Shown here: positions 1 to 8,400 of the stretch, in pieces | How the letters are laid out: each line of letters opens with the position of its first letter | How positions within the stretch are numbered: the first letter of the stretch is position 1 | IMG/VR virus record: IMGVR_UViG_3300046171_000231 | Span: 171,762-235,761 of that record | DNA: 64,000 nucleotides | Reading direction: 5' to 3' (one strand) | Position numbers and translations under genes: made by a program | Notes under the pieces: model-generated | The model's database searches: none | Seen by the model: the letters and a program-made list of their open reading frames with translations, nothing else | Told to the model about the DNA's origin: nothing

Positions 1-670
1 GGTATCAAAGATGTGAAACCCTCTTGTGTCCATAACATCATTCCAGTACATTTCATAAGGGTTTCCGAGATAATATATCTTTCCATTATTAGAACGAGTA
101 TGATAATGACCTGAGTAAACACGATAAAATTTATCAAATACCTTTGTGTCCATTCCGTGTTCCATTGTATGACCACGAGTTGCTACAAAACCATTTAATT
201 CAAGATGACCCATTATTACATCAGCAGATGTAGTATCCATCATCTCAAGAGTTTGTAATTTATTCTCTTCATTAATCCAAGGAAGAAACAATATATCTAA
301 TCCACCAAGATTTACAGTAGTTGGTTCTGAATAAACTTTTACATTCTCATATTCCTTTAATAAAAGTTCGACTGTATTAATTTCATTTGTATCTTTATAG
401 TATGCAGTATGATTACCAACGATTGTATGGACTGTTATACCCATTGCTTGCAATCGGTCATAGTAGTTCTTTTTTGACCACTCAAGCGTTGCTAGGTCAA
501 TATTACGACGATTATCAAAAGTATCACCCATATCCACAACAGTATCAATCTTATTTTTCTCCAAGTATGGAAAAAAGGTATTATCGTAAAACTTTTTGAA
601 ATATTTGTGTATATAATCAGCACCTTTTCTTGCACCGAAGTGCTGGTCTGTAATGATTGCTAACTTTTCT
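1..670 (-). CDS. gp47: Recombination endonuclease subunit gp47 (Mre11/SbcD-like), runs off the window start; start codon damaged
   Basis: Manual translation gives KLAIITDQHFGARK...DMGDTFDNR...IVGNHD...MGHLE...SGHYH metallophosphoesterase motifs. No ATG at the gp55 junction (AATAGAAAAGTTA where AATAGATGAAGTTA is expected). Confidence 0.93.
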
Positions 671-1144
671 ATTTGAGGACTTGTACTGAATATTATCTTT
701 AATTGTATTATAATCAGAACTACTACCTGCCATTGCACTATCATCAACTGTCATCACTTCTTCAAATCCTGTCTTCTCAATTATCTTTGTTTTAATTTCT
801 AATTGCTTCTTTTCCTTCTGTATTCTTCTTAGAAATGCATAGTGTATGATTTGAGTAAAGTAAGCAAATGGATTTCTTGACTTCTCTGGGTCAAAGTTAT
901 GAATATACTGAACACAATTCTCTATTCCATCAGATATCATATCATCACGAAACATATAGTTTACAAAGTTTGGTTTATATGATAAGTGTGTGGCAATCTT
1001 TAAAAAACAAGAACCTAAGTAATTTGTAATGCGTGGTTTAGGTAAATCATTTTCCTTTGCTTCTTTTACCTGTGCACGATATACAATTAATGCTTCTAAC
1101 AGTTCACGATTATTTACATAATGCTCTGATTTTTTCTTTGCCAT
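617..1144 (-). CDS. gp55: Late-transcription sigma factor gp55
   Basis: HYVNN...CFLKIATHLSYKPNFVNYMFRDDMISDGIENC...NPFAYFTQIIHYAFLRRI is typical gp55. The last ~16 aa probably come from a lost stop codon. Confidence 0.96.
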   Translation of the reverse strand: MAKKKSEHYVNNRELLEALIVYRAQVKEAKENDLPKPRITNYLGSCFLKIATHLSYKPNFVNYMFRDDMISDGIENCVQYIHNFDPEKSRNPFAYFTQIIHYAFLRRIQKEKKQLEIKTKIIEKTGFEEVMTVDDSAMAGSSSDYNTIKDNIQYKSSNRKVSNHYRPALRCKKRC

Positions 1145-1166
1145 ATACCTGACTTAATATATTGAT

Positions 1167-1195
1167 AGTATAACATATTTTATAAGACTTGACAA
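1167..1195 (-). promoter_or_regulatory. Sigma70-type promoter for gp55
   Basis: Minus strand TTGTCA-17 nt-TATACT about 20 nt upstream of the gp55 ATG. Confidence 0.75.
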
Positions 1196-1896
1196 GTTAC
1201 TACTGATTCAAGATAAAATTTGCTACATTATTATATTCATCAGTTGTTAACTCAGTTTTATTAGTATTACGTATATTAAAAGACATTATAATTCTTTCAC
1301 CATCTGTGGGTGGAACTTCATGTTGTGTTTGAGGTGAAAACAAAACTAAAGAGTCATTCTTCGGATAAACTGGTTTTTGACCATCAAATATTATTGGAGA
1401 TGCATTATCTTCAACATAAGCATAATAACATCCTGATATAAGAAATCCATCTAATAAGTTACCATGATCATGCTTCACTGTAAAGTTACCTTTCCGATAA
1501 TGTGCTACCCAGAACTCTCCTACCTCTAAAACTTCTTTTGTAGAAAATAACTTATTATATAAATTTTGAGAATATTGTAATATCAAATTTAAATAGTTTG
1601 AAAATATATCAGTTAGTAAATGAGTTTCGTATACACTAGCCCAAGCTTTTACATTTGACTCCATTCCAACTGGATTTTCTCTCTCATAATCTATTATTAA
1701 ATCTTTAATATGATTACTTCTATCTTTACCAAATAAATTGGTAGTCATTGATGTAGGAAGAAGATTTGATTTATTATACAACTTAGCTAACTTTGCAAGT
1801 TTATCATTAGTCAGATAACCTTCATCATACAAATGTGTATACTGTTGTACTATTTGGTCAATGTTTATCTGCTTTTTCTCACTCACTTGACAAGTT
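1187..1896. repeat. 12-bp direct repeat ACTTGACAAGTT (1187-1198 and 1885-1896) flanking the oxygenase gene
   Basis: Identical 12-mers seen at both ends of ORF 1200..1886. Confidence 0.85.
1200..1886 (-). CDS. 2OG-Fe(II) oxygenase superfamily protein
   Basis: HDH...SGCYY...LVLFSPQTQHEV...RIIMSFN: HxD/H...H...R facial-triad pattern. Confidence 0.82.
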   Translation of the reverse strand: MSEKKQINIDQIVQQYTHLYDEGYLTNDKLAKLAKLYNKSNLLPTSMTTNLFGKDRSNHIKDLIIDYERENPVGMESNVKAWASVYETHLLTDIFSNYLNLILQYSQNLYNKLFSTKEVLEVGEFWVAHYRKGNFTVKHDHGNLLDGFLISGCYYAYVEDNASPIIFDGQKPVYPKNDSLVLFSPQTQHEVPPTDGERIIMSFNIRNTNKTELTTDEYNNVANFILNQ

Positions 1897-1915
1897 CCAT
1901 AAATTTATGTACAAT
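1887..1915 (+). promoter_or_regulatory. Near-consensus sigma70 promoter, antisense to the uvsW operon
   Basis: TTGACA-17 nt-TACAAT on the plus strand. Confidence 0.6.
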
Positions 1916-1930
1916 AACCTTTGTAGAGGT

Positions 1931-2347
1931 TCAAGGGTTGTTAGGCTTATCTATATTATTCTTAAAGATATTCTCAAGGCTCTCACGAGCATCTTCAACT
2001 GTAGTCAATAATCCCATCTTATTATTTAAGGATACTTGACCATCAATTTCAATATCAATATCATCTTCATTTAAATATCTGGTATAAAATTTAATCATCT
2101 GTTCATCAGTTACTTCAGACATCGTAATAATTTTATCATACTTTATTAAAAATAAATCTTGATCTGGTAACTCTAACCAAGGTTTGACTTTAACATATTT
2201 TCCTGCAGGACTAGAAAGCATTTTCATTATTACTGGATTTGAAAGCATGATAATAGAGTCTCCATCATTCTCATCGACAGAAACAAGTGAGAAGATTTCC
2301 TCCCCTGTAATAAGTTTTAGAACTGCGTGAAATTCGTCTCCCATCAT
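1931..2347 (-). CDS. Conserved cyanomyovirus protein downstream of uvsW (Sm-like N-terminus)
   Basis: FHAVLKLITGEEIF...LSNPV...KPWL pattern; coupled to neighbouring genes. Confidence 0.7.
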   Translation of the reverse strand: MMGDEFHAVLKLITGEEIFSLVSVDENDGDSIIMLSNPVIMKMLSSPAGKYVKVKPWLELPDQDLFLIKYDKIITMSEVTDEQMIKFYTRYLNEDDIDIEIDGQVSLNNKMGLLTTVEDARESLENIFKNNIDKPNNP

Positions 2348-2982
2348 ACTCCTATATTATAATTGACAATGCATCTAGTATTACTATTTATAGGTTGTTT
2401 TGCTGCGTGATATAACCGACCATCAAATATAACCATTCGTCCTTGTTTTGGTGTTACACTTTCTTTTATAGTATATTTTTCATTAGGAAGTTCCTCTCTT
2501 TCATTGTATATGACAGTATCACCATCACTATCACAAACATAATAAAGAGCCACCATAAAATTAATATCCTCTTCTATATCAATATGTGCTGTATCTATTG
2601 TTCCGTCCGTGTTTATTGGAAATTGTAAAAAAGAACGTCCTTGAAGAACTTGTACATTAGAAAGTCCTAGTTTTAAACCAACTCTTTGTAGCATAGGTAC
2701 AAATAATTCATGATAGTCACTATGTACCCTACCTAGTAAGTTAGGTTTATGAGGTTCATAATTATCTTCTGTCCATTCTTTAGGTAGGTTAACATATTGA
2801 TGAGAAAGACCAGGTCTATGTTTACTATCATCATCAAAAGCTACTGTAACATCTTCAATATAATGCCAAGGAAACTGTAGTCCAGTATGATCTATTCCAC
2901 CAAGTAATTCTGTTTTTATTTTATTTTGATAATCTTTTTCAATAAAGTCATCAATGACCATAATTTGATTTTTAAATTTCAT
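2344..2982 (-). CDS. 2OG-Fe(II) oxygenase superfamily protein
   Basis: AHIDI...ALYYVCDSDGDT...PKQGRMVIFDGRLYHAA...RCIVNYN. Confidence 0.85.
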   Translation of the reverse strand: MKFKNQIMVIDDFIEKDYQNKIKTELLGGIDHTGLQFPWHYIEDVTVAFDDDSKHRPGLSHQYVNLPKEWTEDNYEPHKPNLLGRVHSDYHELFVPMLQRVGLKLGLSNVQVLQGRSFLQFPINTDGTIDTAHIDIEEDINFMVALYYVCDSDGDTVIYNEREELPNEKYTIKESVTPKQGRMVIFDGRLYHAAKQPINSNTRCIVNYNIGV

Positions 2983-4466
2983 TAATTTTTCAAAGGTATT
3001 TTTACAATGTCATAGTTAAAATTCTCTTCATTATACACTTTTATTCTCTCAATGAGATGGTTCAGTGTATAATTTCTTCTTGATTTGTAACTAATATCAT
3101 CGGCAATATCATATAGAGTTGCCTTTGTTTTATTGTTTCCCTTTCTTAAGACTCTTCCGATTGATTGAAGGTTTCGTATTCGAGATTTAGATGGGGAAGC
3201 AAAGATGACATTATGAAGGTTCTTAATGTTGATTCCTGTTGAGAAGGTTCCGTATGAGGCAATAATGATTGCGTTATTCTCCATCTCTGTAATTGAGCGA
3301 ACCTCTTCTCGATCTTCTGTTGCAACTCCTCCGTGTACGAAGAAGACTTGTCGTTGTTCAAGTACATTGCTCTCCTGTATTAAATTATATAGCGGTTCTC
3401 CGTGTCCTTCGACCCTTGCAAATAGAATTAATGTATTACCTTTAAGATCAAGGGCAAGATTTTTAATAAAATTATTTCTCTTTTGATGTCCAATAATATA
3501 TTGAATCTCATCCTCAAATGTCTCAAATTTATTTGGTGAGTGTTTCAATAGAAGCACATTAATATCCAACGTCGCTACATGACCTTTCTTCATAAGCTCG
3601 TCTGTCTTAATAATTTTATAAGAAGGACCAAATAAACCTTCTAATACCCACTTATGGGTCTGTGTTCCATCAAGAGTTCCTGTGAAACCAAAACGATACT
3701 TGGCATTATCAAGTTTTGACATTATAGATATTAATGACTTTGATTTAAACTGATGTGCCTCATCTCCGATTACACATCCAAAACGATTAAAGTACTTACG
3801 AGGAAGTTTGTAGATCGATTGCCAAGTTGTAATGATTACTTGAGAATCTGTTTCTCTTTCTTTACCTGCATATATCTTGTGACAAAATGAGCCAACTTCC
3901 CAACCATAATCCTCGAAATCTTTATACATCTGTTCTACTAAAGATGTCGTCGGAACTACTATCAGAATACTTAGTTTTCTTTCAACGTAATATCTCACAA
4001 TCCCGTATATCATCAGCGACTTTCCTGAAGCAGTTGGAGATATCAATAACCTACGATTGTATTTTAAAGCGTCGTGTACTCCCTGAATCTGATAATCTCT
4101 AGGTTTATATTTACTTACAGCGTTTAAATAATCTTTGACACCCTCTTCACATATACCATCATTTACCTCAAAAGGTAAACCATAGAACTTGCTTGGTTGA
4201 AAATCATATGTATATCCGTGGTCTTTACAGAACTGTACGATCTTATCTAACAGTCCGACATATATTTGATTGTTCTGAATATTAAATAACCTTATCTTTC
4301 CGTCCCAATACTTATTCTTATAAGTTGGCATAAACTTTGCACCTGGTACTTCAAAGGTGAAATAGTCTGCTAACTCATAATAAACATGCATTTCAGACTC
4401 AATCTGAAGATGCACTTCATTCTTTTTTGATATTATCAAATGCGACATAACATCGATCAATATCAA
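2982..4466 (-). CDS. uvsW: UvsW SF2 RNA-DNA/DNA-DNA helicase
   Basis: SPTASGKS (Walker A), GDEAH, TGT, GTFSTGIN, QSIGRVLR motifs. Confidence 0.97.
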   Translation of the reverse strand: MILIDVMSHLIISKKNEVHLQIESEMHVYYELADYFTFEVPGAKFMPTYKNKYWDGKIRLFNIQNNQIYVGLLDKIVQFCKDHGYTYDFQPSKFYGLPFEVNDGICEEGVKDYLNAVSKYKPRDYQIQGVHDALKYNRRLLISPTASGKSLMIYGIVRYYVERKLSILIVVPTTSLVEQMYKDFEDYGWEVGSFCHKIYAGKERETDSQVIITTWQSIYKLPRKYFNRFGCVIGDEAHQFKSKSLISIMSKLDNAKYRFGFTGTLDGTQTHKWVLEGLFGPSYKIIKTDELMKKGHVATLDINVLLLKHSPNKFETFEDEIQYIIGHQKRNNFIKNLALDLKGNTLILFARVEGHGEPLYNLIQESNVLEQRQVFFVHGGVATEDREEVRSITEMENNAIIIASYGTFSTGINIKNLHNVIFASPSKSRIRNLQSIGRVLRKGNNKTKATLYDIADDISYKSRRNYTLNHLIERIKVYNEENFNYDIVKIPLKN

Positions 4467-4489
4467 TTATTTAGTCGTGTTTTATAAAC

Positions 4490-4645
4490 CTATCCTACAA
4501 TAGTATCAAACCAATCTTGACTCATTCCTGAGATAATTTTGTCTGCTGAATCATTATCTATTGCATAGTTTTCATCTATGAGATGCTGTTTCACTTTCTC
4601 ATAGTTCTCGTGAATCTTTTTTGTTTCTTTTGGTGTTGGTTTCAT
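4490..4645 (-). CDS. Small hypothetical protein (51 aa)
   Basis: Manual translation MKPTPKETKKIHENYEKVKQHLIDENYAIDNDSADKIISGMSQDWFDTIVG; fills the gap upstream of uvsW. Confidence 0.7.
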   Translation of the reverse strand: MKPTPKETKKIHENYEKVKQHLIDENYAIDNDSADKIISGMSQDWFDTIVG

Positions 4646-4677
4646 AGTAATCTCTTTCGTCCTGAATATTCTATATT

Positions 4678-4684
4678 CTAAATA
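4678..4684 (+). promoter_or_regulatory. Late (gp55-type) promoter CTAAATA for the aaRS-like gene
   Basis: CTAAATA 21 nt before the ATG at 4706; same motif precedes late genes on the other strand. Confidence 0.55.
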
Positions 4685-4705
4685 AATTAGTTTTGCTTTA
4701 AATTC

Positions 4706-5506
4706 ATGACAAAGTTAATTGAACCTAAAAAATATACGAAGACACTTGACCTTTTGAGGTCATTTTTTTTGTCTAGAGGTTTTTTAGAAGTCCATACCCA
4801 AAACCGTCTAAGTATTCTCGCTGCTTGTGAAGATCCAGAAACAGTAGCAACATATGAATATAATGGTGAAGTGTGGCCGTTACCACAAACGGGACAAATG
4901 TGGTTGGAGTATGAGTTACTTAAAAATCCTGATGTGCCTGGTTTCTTTTGTTTATCGACTTCATATCGACAAGAACCAAATCCAGTTGCTGGTAGACACG
5001 AAGTAATCTTTCCCATGTTTGAGTTTGAAATGCATGGTGGTGTTGATGCACTCGAAGAGATGGAGAAAGATTTAGTTGCACATTTAGGAATTGATCTTAA
5101 TCATTCTCAGATAAAAAGTTATAAACTATGGCAGAAAATATTTGGTCATGAAGAATTAGATCACGCTGATGAATCTCTCATACAAACAGGTATGATTACA
5201 GATTTTCCTGAGTGGACTTCACCTTTCTGGAATATGGCAAGAAATGAGGATGATACTAGTAAAAAGATTGATGTAATCTTAAATGGTATGGAAACAATTG
5301 GTAGTGCAGAACGCAGTACTGACAAAAAACAAATGCGTGATACCTTTCATACAATATCTGATGGACAGTATGCTGACCTTCTTTTCAAATTATTTGGTAA
5401 GGAAAGAGTTGAGAAAGAATTAGAAGAGTTCTTAGAGTTCGATTTCTTCCCCAGAAGTGGTGGAGGTATTGGTGTTACTCGTATAATGGATGCGATTCCT
5501 GATTAA
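4706..5506 (+). CDS. Class II aminoacyl-tRNA synthetase-like catalytic domain (AsnRS/AspRS paralogue lacking the anticodon-binding domain)
   Basis: Motif 2-like STSYRQEPNPVAGRHEVIFPMFEFEM, ETIGSAER, motif 3-like RSGGGIGVTRI; only 266 aa with no N-terminal OB fold. Confidence 0.85.
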   Translation: MTKLIEPKKYTKTLDLLRSFFLSRGFLEVHTQNRLSILAACEDPETVATYEYNGEVWPLPQTGQMWLEYELLKNPDVPGFFCLSTSYRQEPNPVAGRHEVIFPMFEFEMHGGVDALEEMEKDLVAHLGIDLNHSQIKSYKLWQKIFGHEELDHADESLIQTGMITDFPEWTSPFWNMARNEDDTSKKIDVILNGMETIGSAERSTDKKQMRDTFHTISDGQYADLLFKLFGKERVEKELEEFLEFDFFPRSGGGIGVTRIMDAIPD

Positions 5507-5934
5507 TTATATCCTGATTGAAACTTATTCCATTCAATTGCATTTTTAATTTGATATGTTCGATTAGATACTGCTCTTATAACTTCTTCTAAAAATTTAA
5601 GCATAATATCATAGTATTTAATTTTCATATCAACTTTATTCATTCTATCGTCTGCTTCAAGATGTCTTTGGATAGCATCTTTTTCACGAACCTTATATGG
5701 AAATGGTTCTTCGATATATGCTTCTGCTGGTGCCTTACCTGTGTAATAATTATATCTTTCTAATCTAACTTTACTATATTGTGTTCTTGCCTTCTCTCTC
5801 ATTAAAGTAATTGTATTATAAAGTGTATAATACTTTGAGTGAAGTTGAGGTATTTTTAAAGATTCATCATGTAAATTATCAGGATCGATATGAGAATCTT
5901 TTTCCCACATCTCCTGTATTTGTTCAAGATTCAT
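5503..5934 (-). CDS. uvsY: UvsY recombination mediator
   Basis: LHSKY...RLERYNYYTGKA...YPFPYKV-like segment...RTYQIKNAIEW. Confidence 0.93.
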   Translation of the reverse strand: MNLEQIQEMWEKDSHIDPDNLHDESLKIPQLHSKYYTLYNTITLMREKARTQYSKVRLERYNYYTGKAPAEAYIEEPFPYKVREKDAIQRHLEADDRMNKVDMKIKYYDIMLKFLEEVIRAVSNRTYQIKNAIEWNKFQSGYN

Positions 5935-6470
5935 GTAGTGCTACTTACTAAATCGTATATTGTATATTTGAATGTTGCCTCTGCTGTAAAAAATTGTACG
6001 TCAGTATTTGTTGCATCAAATTCTAAAGAAGTTAAAGATATTGGAAATAAATCATTAAATTTAACTTTTGCAACTTCTCTATAATTACTATTCAGTATTC
6101 TTAGAGTGCCATCACAAAATGCTTCTTTGGGATCTCTTTGTCCATCAGGGTCTGTAATTATTTCTTTAAATTGTTTTCCAGACTCTGGAAATCCTAATCC
6201 TTTTAACCAACCATATACAGAAAGATAATTTTCCATATTTTCATCAACTAAAAAACGAAGAGTAAAATCTCCAAAAGTTAGTCTTTCACCAGGCACATCA
6301 ATATTTTTTAAGTATGATGCTTGAGTAGTAAGTTCGAGGCTTAACTCTGGTATTCTAGCAGAATTTGAGAAAAAGTCAACCTTCGGAAACTTAGTCAAAT
6401 TAAATTTAAATCCTACTCCCGAAAGAAAATTTCTATTATCTATTTGCTTTACAAATGCCGAATTAGTCAT
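5931..6470 (-). CDS. gp3: Tail completion / sheath stabiliser gp3
   Basis: NFLSGVGFKF...IDVPGERLTFGDFTLRFLVDENMENY...LFPISL. Confidence 0.9.
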   Translation of the reverse strand: MTNSAFVKQIDNRNFLSGVGFKFNLTKFPKVDFFSNSARIPELSLELTTQASYLKNIDVPGERLTFGDFTLRFLVDENMENYLSVYGWLKGLGFPESGKQFKEIITDPDGQRDPKEAFCDGTLRILNSNYREVAKVKFNDLFPISLTSLEFDATNTDVQFFTAEATFKYTIYDLVSSTT

Positions 6471-6488
6471 TATCTTTTTGATTATTTA

Positions 6489-6926
6489 TTATCTTTGAGT
6501 GAAATCAATCCCTTCCAAGTGGTCATATTCGTGTTGAAAGACTCTTGCTGCAAAACCATCTAGTTTTATTTTATGCTCTTTTTTATCCTCGTCCTCATAT
6601 TTTACAATGATTCGATTTGGTCTATTGACATTTATAATCTCATCAGGATAGGATAAACATCCTTCTTCAAACCAACCACAATCTTTATATCTTTTGATAA
6701 TACGAGGATTAAAACAAGTGATTATTTCCTCTGTTTCCATATGTATTATCATCACAAATACTCTTTCACTAATACCAATTTGATTTGCAGACAGACCGAC
6801 CCCCTCGTAATGAATCATATTCTCTTTCAGAATTCGAGAAATTTCACGACGATCTAAATCCTCACTACACGGTTTCATTTTTTCGTGTAGTATTGGGTGT
6901 GTGTTAGGTGTTAGTTGTAGTATCAT
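6489..6926 (-). CDS. def: Peptide deformylase
   Basis: GVGLSANQIG, EGCLS and QHEYDHLEG motifs. Confidence 0.96.
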   Translation of the reverse strand: MILQLTPNTHPILHEKMKPCSEDLDRREISRILKENMIHYEGVGLSANQIGISERVFVMIIHMETEEIITCFNPRIIKRYKDCGWFEEGCLSYPDEIINVNRPNRIIVKYEDEDKKEHKIKLDGFAARVFQHEYDHLEGIDFTQR

Positions 6927-7095
6927 CTTTCCTTGGATTATTTAGAAACCAAGAAGGAGACTCCATAATAACATCTATATAAACCGTTTTTGCATAGTGA
7001 ATCCCACGGTAACACAGAAAAGCAAAGACCTCATCTATATCGTGCTTATCTTCGTCCCATTCTGGTTCTTGTCCTCTACCTAATAAGTGTAACAT
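6904..7095 (-). CDS. Small conserved hypothetical protein (LCYRGIHY motif)
   Basis: GGAGG RBS and CTAAATA late promoter (7118-7124) upstream. Confidence 0.65.
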   Translation of the reverse strand: MLHLLGRGQEPEWDEDKHDIDEVFAFLCYRGIHYAKTVYIDVIMESPSWFLNNPRKDDTTTNT

Positions 7096-7140
7096 TTGTC
7101 TTAGCCTCCCGTAACATTATTTAGGTTTCCAAACATTGAC

Positions 7141-7168
7141 AAAAAAAGAGACCCCCGAAGGAGTCTCT
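7141..7168 (-). terminator. Rho-independent terminator with UUCG tetraloop
   Basis: AGAGACTCC-TTCG-GGGGTCTCT followed by a T run. Confidence 0.9.
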
Positions 7169-7183
7169 GATATCTCGAACGAG

Positions 7184-8320
7184 TTATTTATCTTCTGGAA
7201 AAACTACTCTTATAGCATCAGTTTCTCCTTCAATTTGAGGAACCCAATAAAGTTCTAATGGAAGTTTGTTAAGTTCAATTTTTGGAAGTCCAACCTTCCA
7301 AAGAGGATTCGTATTAATCAGTTTGTTTGCGTAAGAAATATACCAATTAATTGTGTTGTTAAGAATATCTTGAATTGTATCAATCATTTCTTGCCTCTCT
7401 GCTTCAATCTGATGTTCGCATATAGATTTACTTGAAGCACATACTCGAACTGTTTCACCTTTTGTCCACGCTGCCCAAGTCCACTTTAGAACATCATTAG
7501 CATAACGATAATAAAATCCTTCATCAAGTATTTTGTGATAACACATAAGACCATCTAAATCTGATACTTTATTTTTGTTAAAACGTGGATTTGATAATAT
7601 CCATTCTTTTATTTCTTCTGGAGTTGTGTTAAAAACTCTTGATGACTTTTGTTTAGTATCTAGAATTTTGTTAATTATTCCTCCAATAGTTCCTTTGTGA
7701 CCTTTCTTTGGAAAACGAAGGTAAGCACCCGATACTTCAAGTAATAATTTGATATTACTTTTAGTTAGTGGAATATTATCATCTATCATGCATTTCTGTA
7801 TCTGATAAAAATCTGCTACCTTTGCATTTTCAGAATGATCAGTTGCATTTGCTCTCATACCCATTAAGGTCATTGCTGTTGCATCTGATAATCTATCAAG
7901 AATAGCATTACCTGTTAACTTGCGTTCATATTTTGCAATAGGAGCATGCCTCCATCCATTTTCGTTAAGTGCTCTCACAAGATGACGATGATCAAAATAC
8001 CATTCTCCATCTGTGTTTATAAAAACACTAACTGGCCAACCAAAAAATAACCATAAAAAGTTCATAGTTGATGCAACTAATGATTCAAATTTTTCTTGAA
8101 TCAGTTCACTTTTACGTGGTGTGTTTTTTGAAGGAGGTGCTTTTAAGTCCGCTACAGGTCTTGATTCAAACCCCTTAAACGAAAAAAGAGGGTAATCAGG
8201 TCCATCTGATTCTCCTACTCCGAGTTGATCAATAGGAAAATCTTCCCTATTTTGATCTATTTTTACTGTTTTGTACATATTCTTATTGATATGAATTTGG
8301 ATTGAACATTGACTCACCAA
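7184..8320 (-). CDS. Hypothetical protein with ParB/Srx-like N-terminal domain (likely start MYKTVK, ~8278)
   Basis: WPVSVF...WYFDHRHLVRALNENGW resembles the ParB-N (dGhHRl.A) motif. Confidence 0.6.
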   Translation of the reverse strand: MVSQCSIQIHINKNMYKTVKIDQNREDFPIDQLGVGESDGPDYPLFSFKGFESRPVADLKAPPSKNTPRKSELIQEKFESLVASTMNFLWLFFGWPVSVFINTDGEWYFDHRHLVRALNENGWRHAPIAKYERKLTGNAILDRLSDATAMTLMGMRANATDHSENAKVADFYQIQKCMIDDNIPLTKSNIKLLLEVSGAYLRFPKKGHKGTIGGIINKILDTKQKSSRVFNTTPEEIKEWILSNPRFNKNKVSDLDGLMCYHKILDEGFYYRYANDVLKWTWAAWTKGETVRVCASSKSICEHQIEAERQEMIDTIQDILNNTINWYISYANKLINTNPLWKVGLPKIELNKLPLELYWVPQIEGETDAIRVVFPEDK

Positions 8321-8331
8321 CGCTCCCCCAA

Positions 8332-8360
8332 ATTATAACACAAAGGCAATAAAAAAGCAA
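8332..8360 (-). promoter_or_regulatory. Sigma70 promoter for the ParB-like gene, overlapping the gp23 terminator
   Basis: TTGCTT-17 nt-TATAAT with extended TGn. Confidence 0.7.
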
Positions 8361-8377
8361 CCCCGAAGGATTGCTTT
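8349..8377 (-). terminator. gp23 Rho-independent terminator (UUCG loop)
   Basis: AAAGCAATCC-TTCG-GGGTTGCTTT-TTT. Confidence 0.9.
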
Positions 8378-8400
8378 GTTTTAAAATTGTAATATTTAAA

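Noticed and set aside
617-670. C-terminally extended gp55 overlapping a start-less gp47
   Set aside because: Best explained by damage to an ATGA overlap at the junction.
7136-7165. Plus-strand promoter at TTGACA 7136
   Set aside because: No -10 box at the proper spacing; it runs into the terminator.
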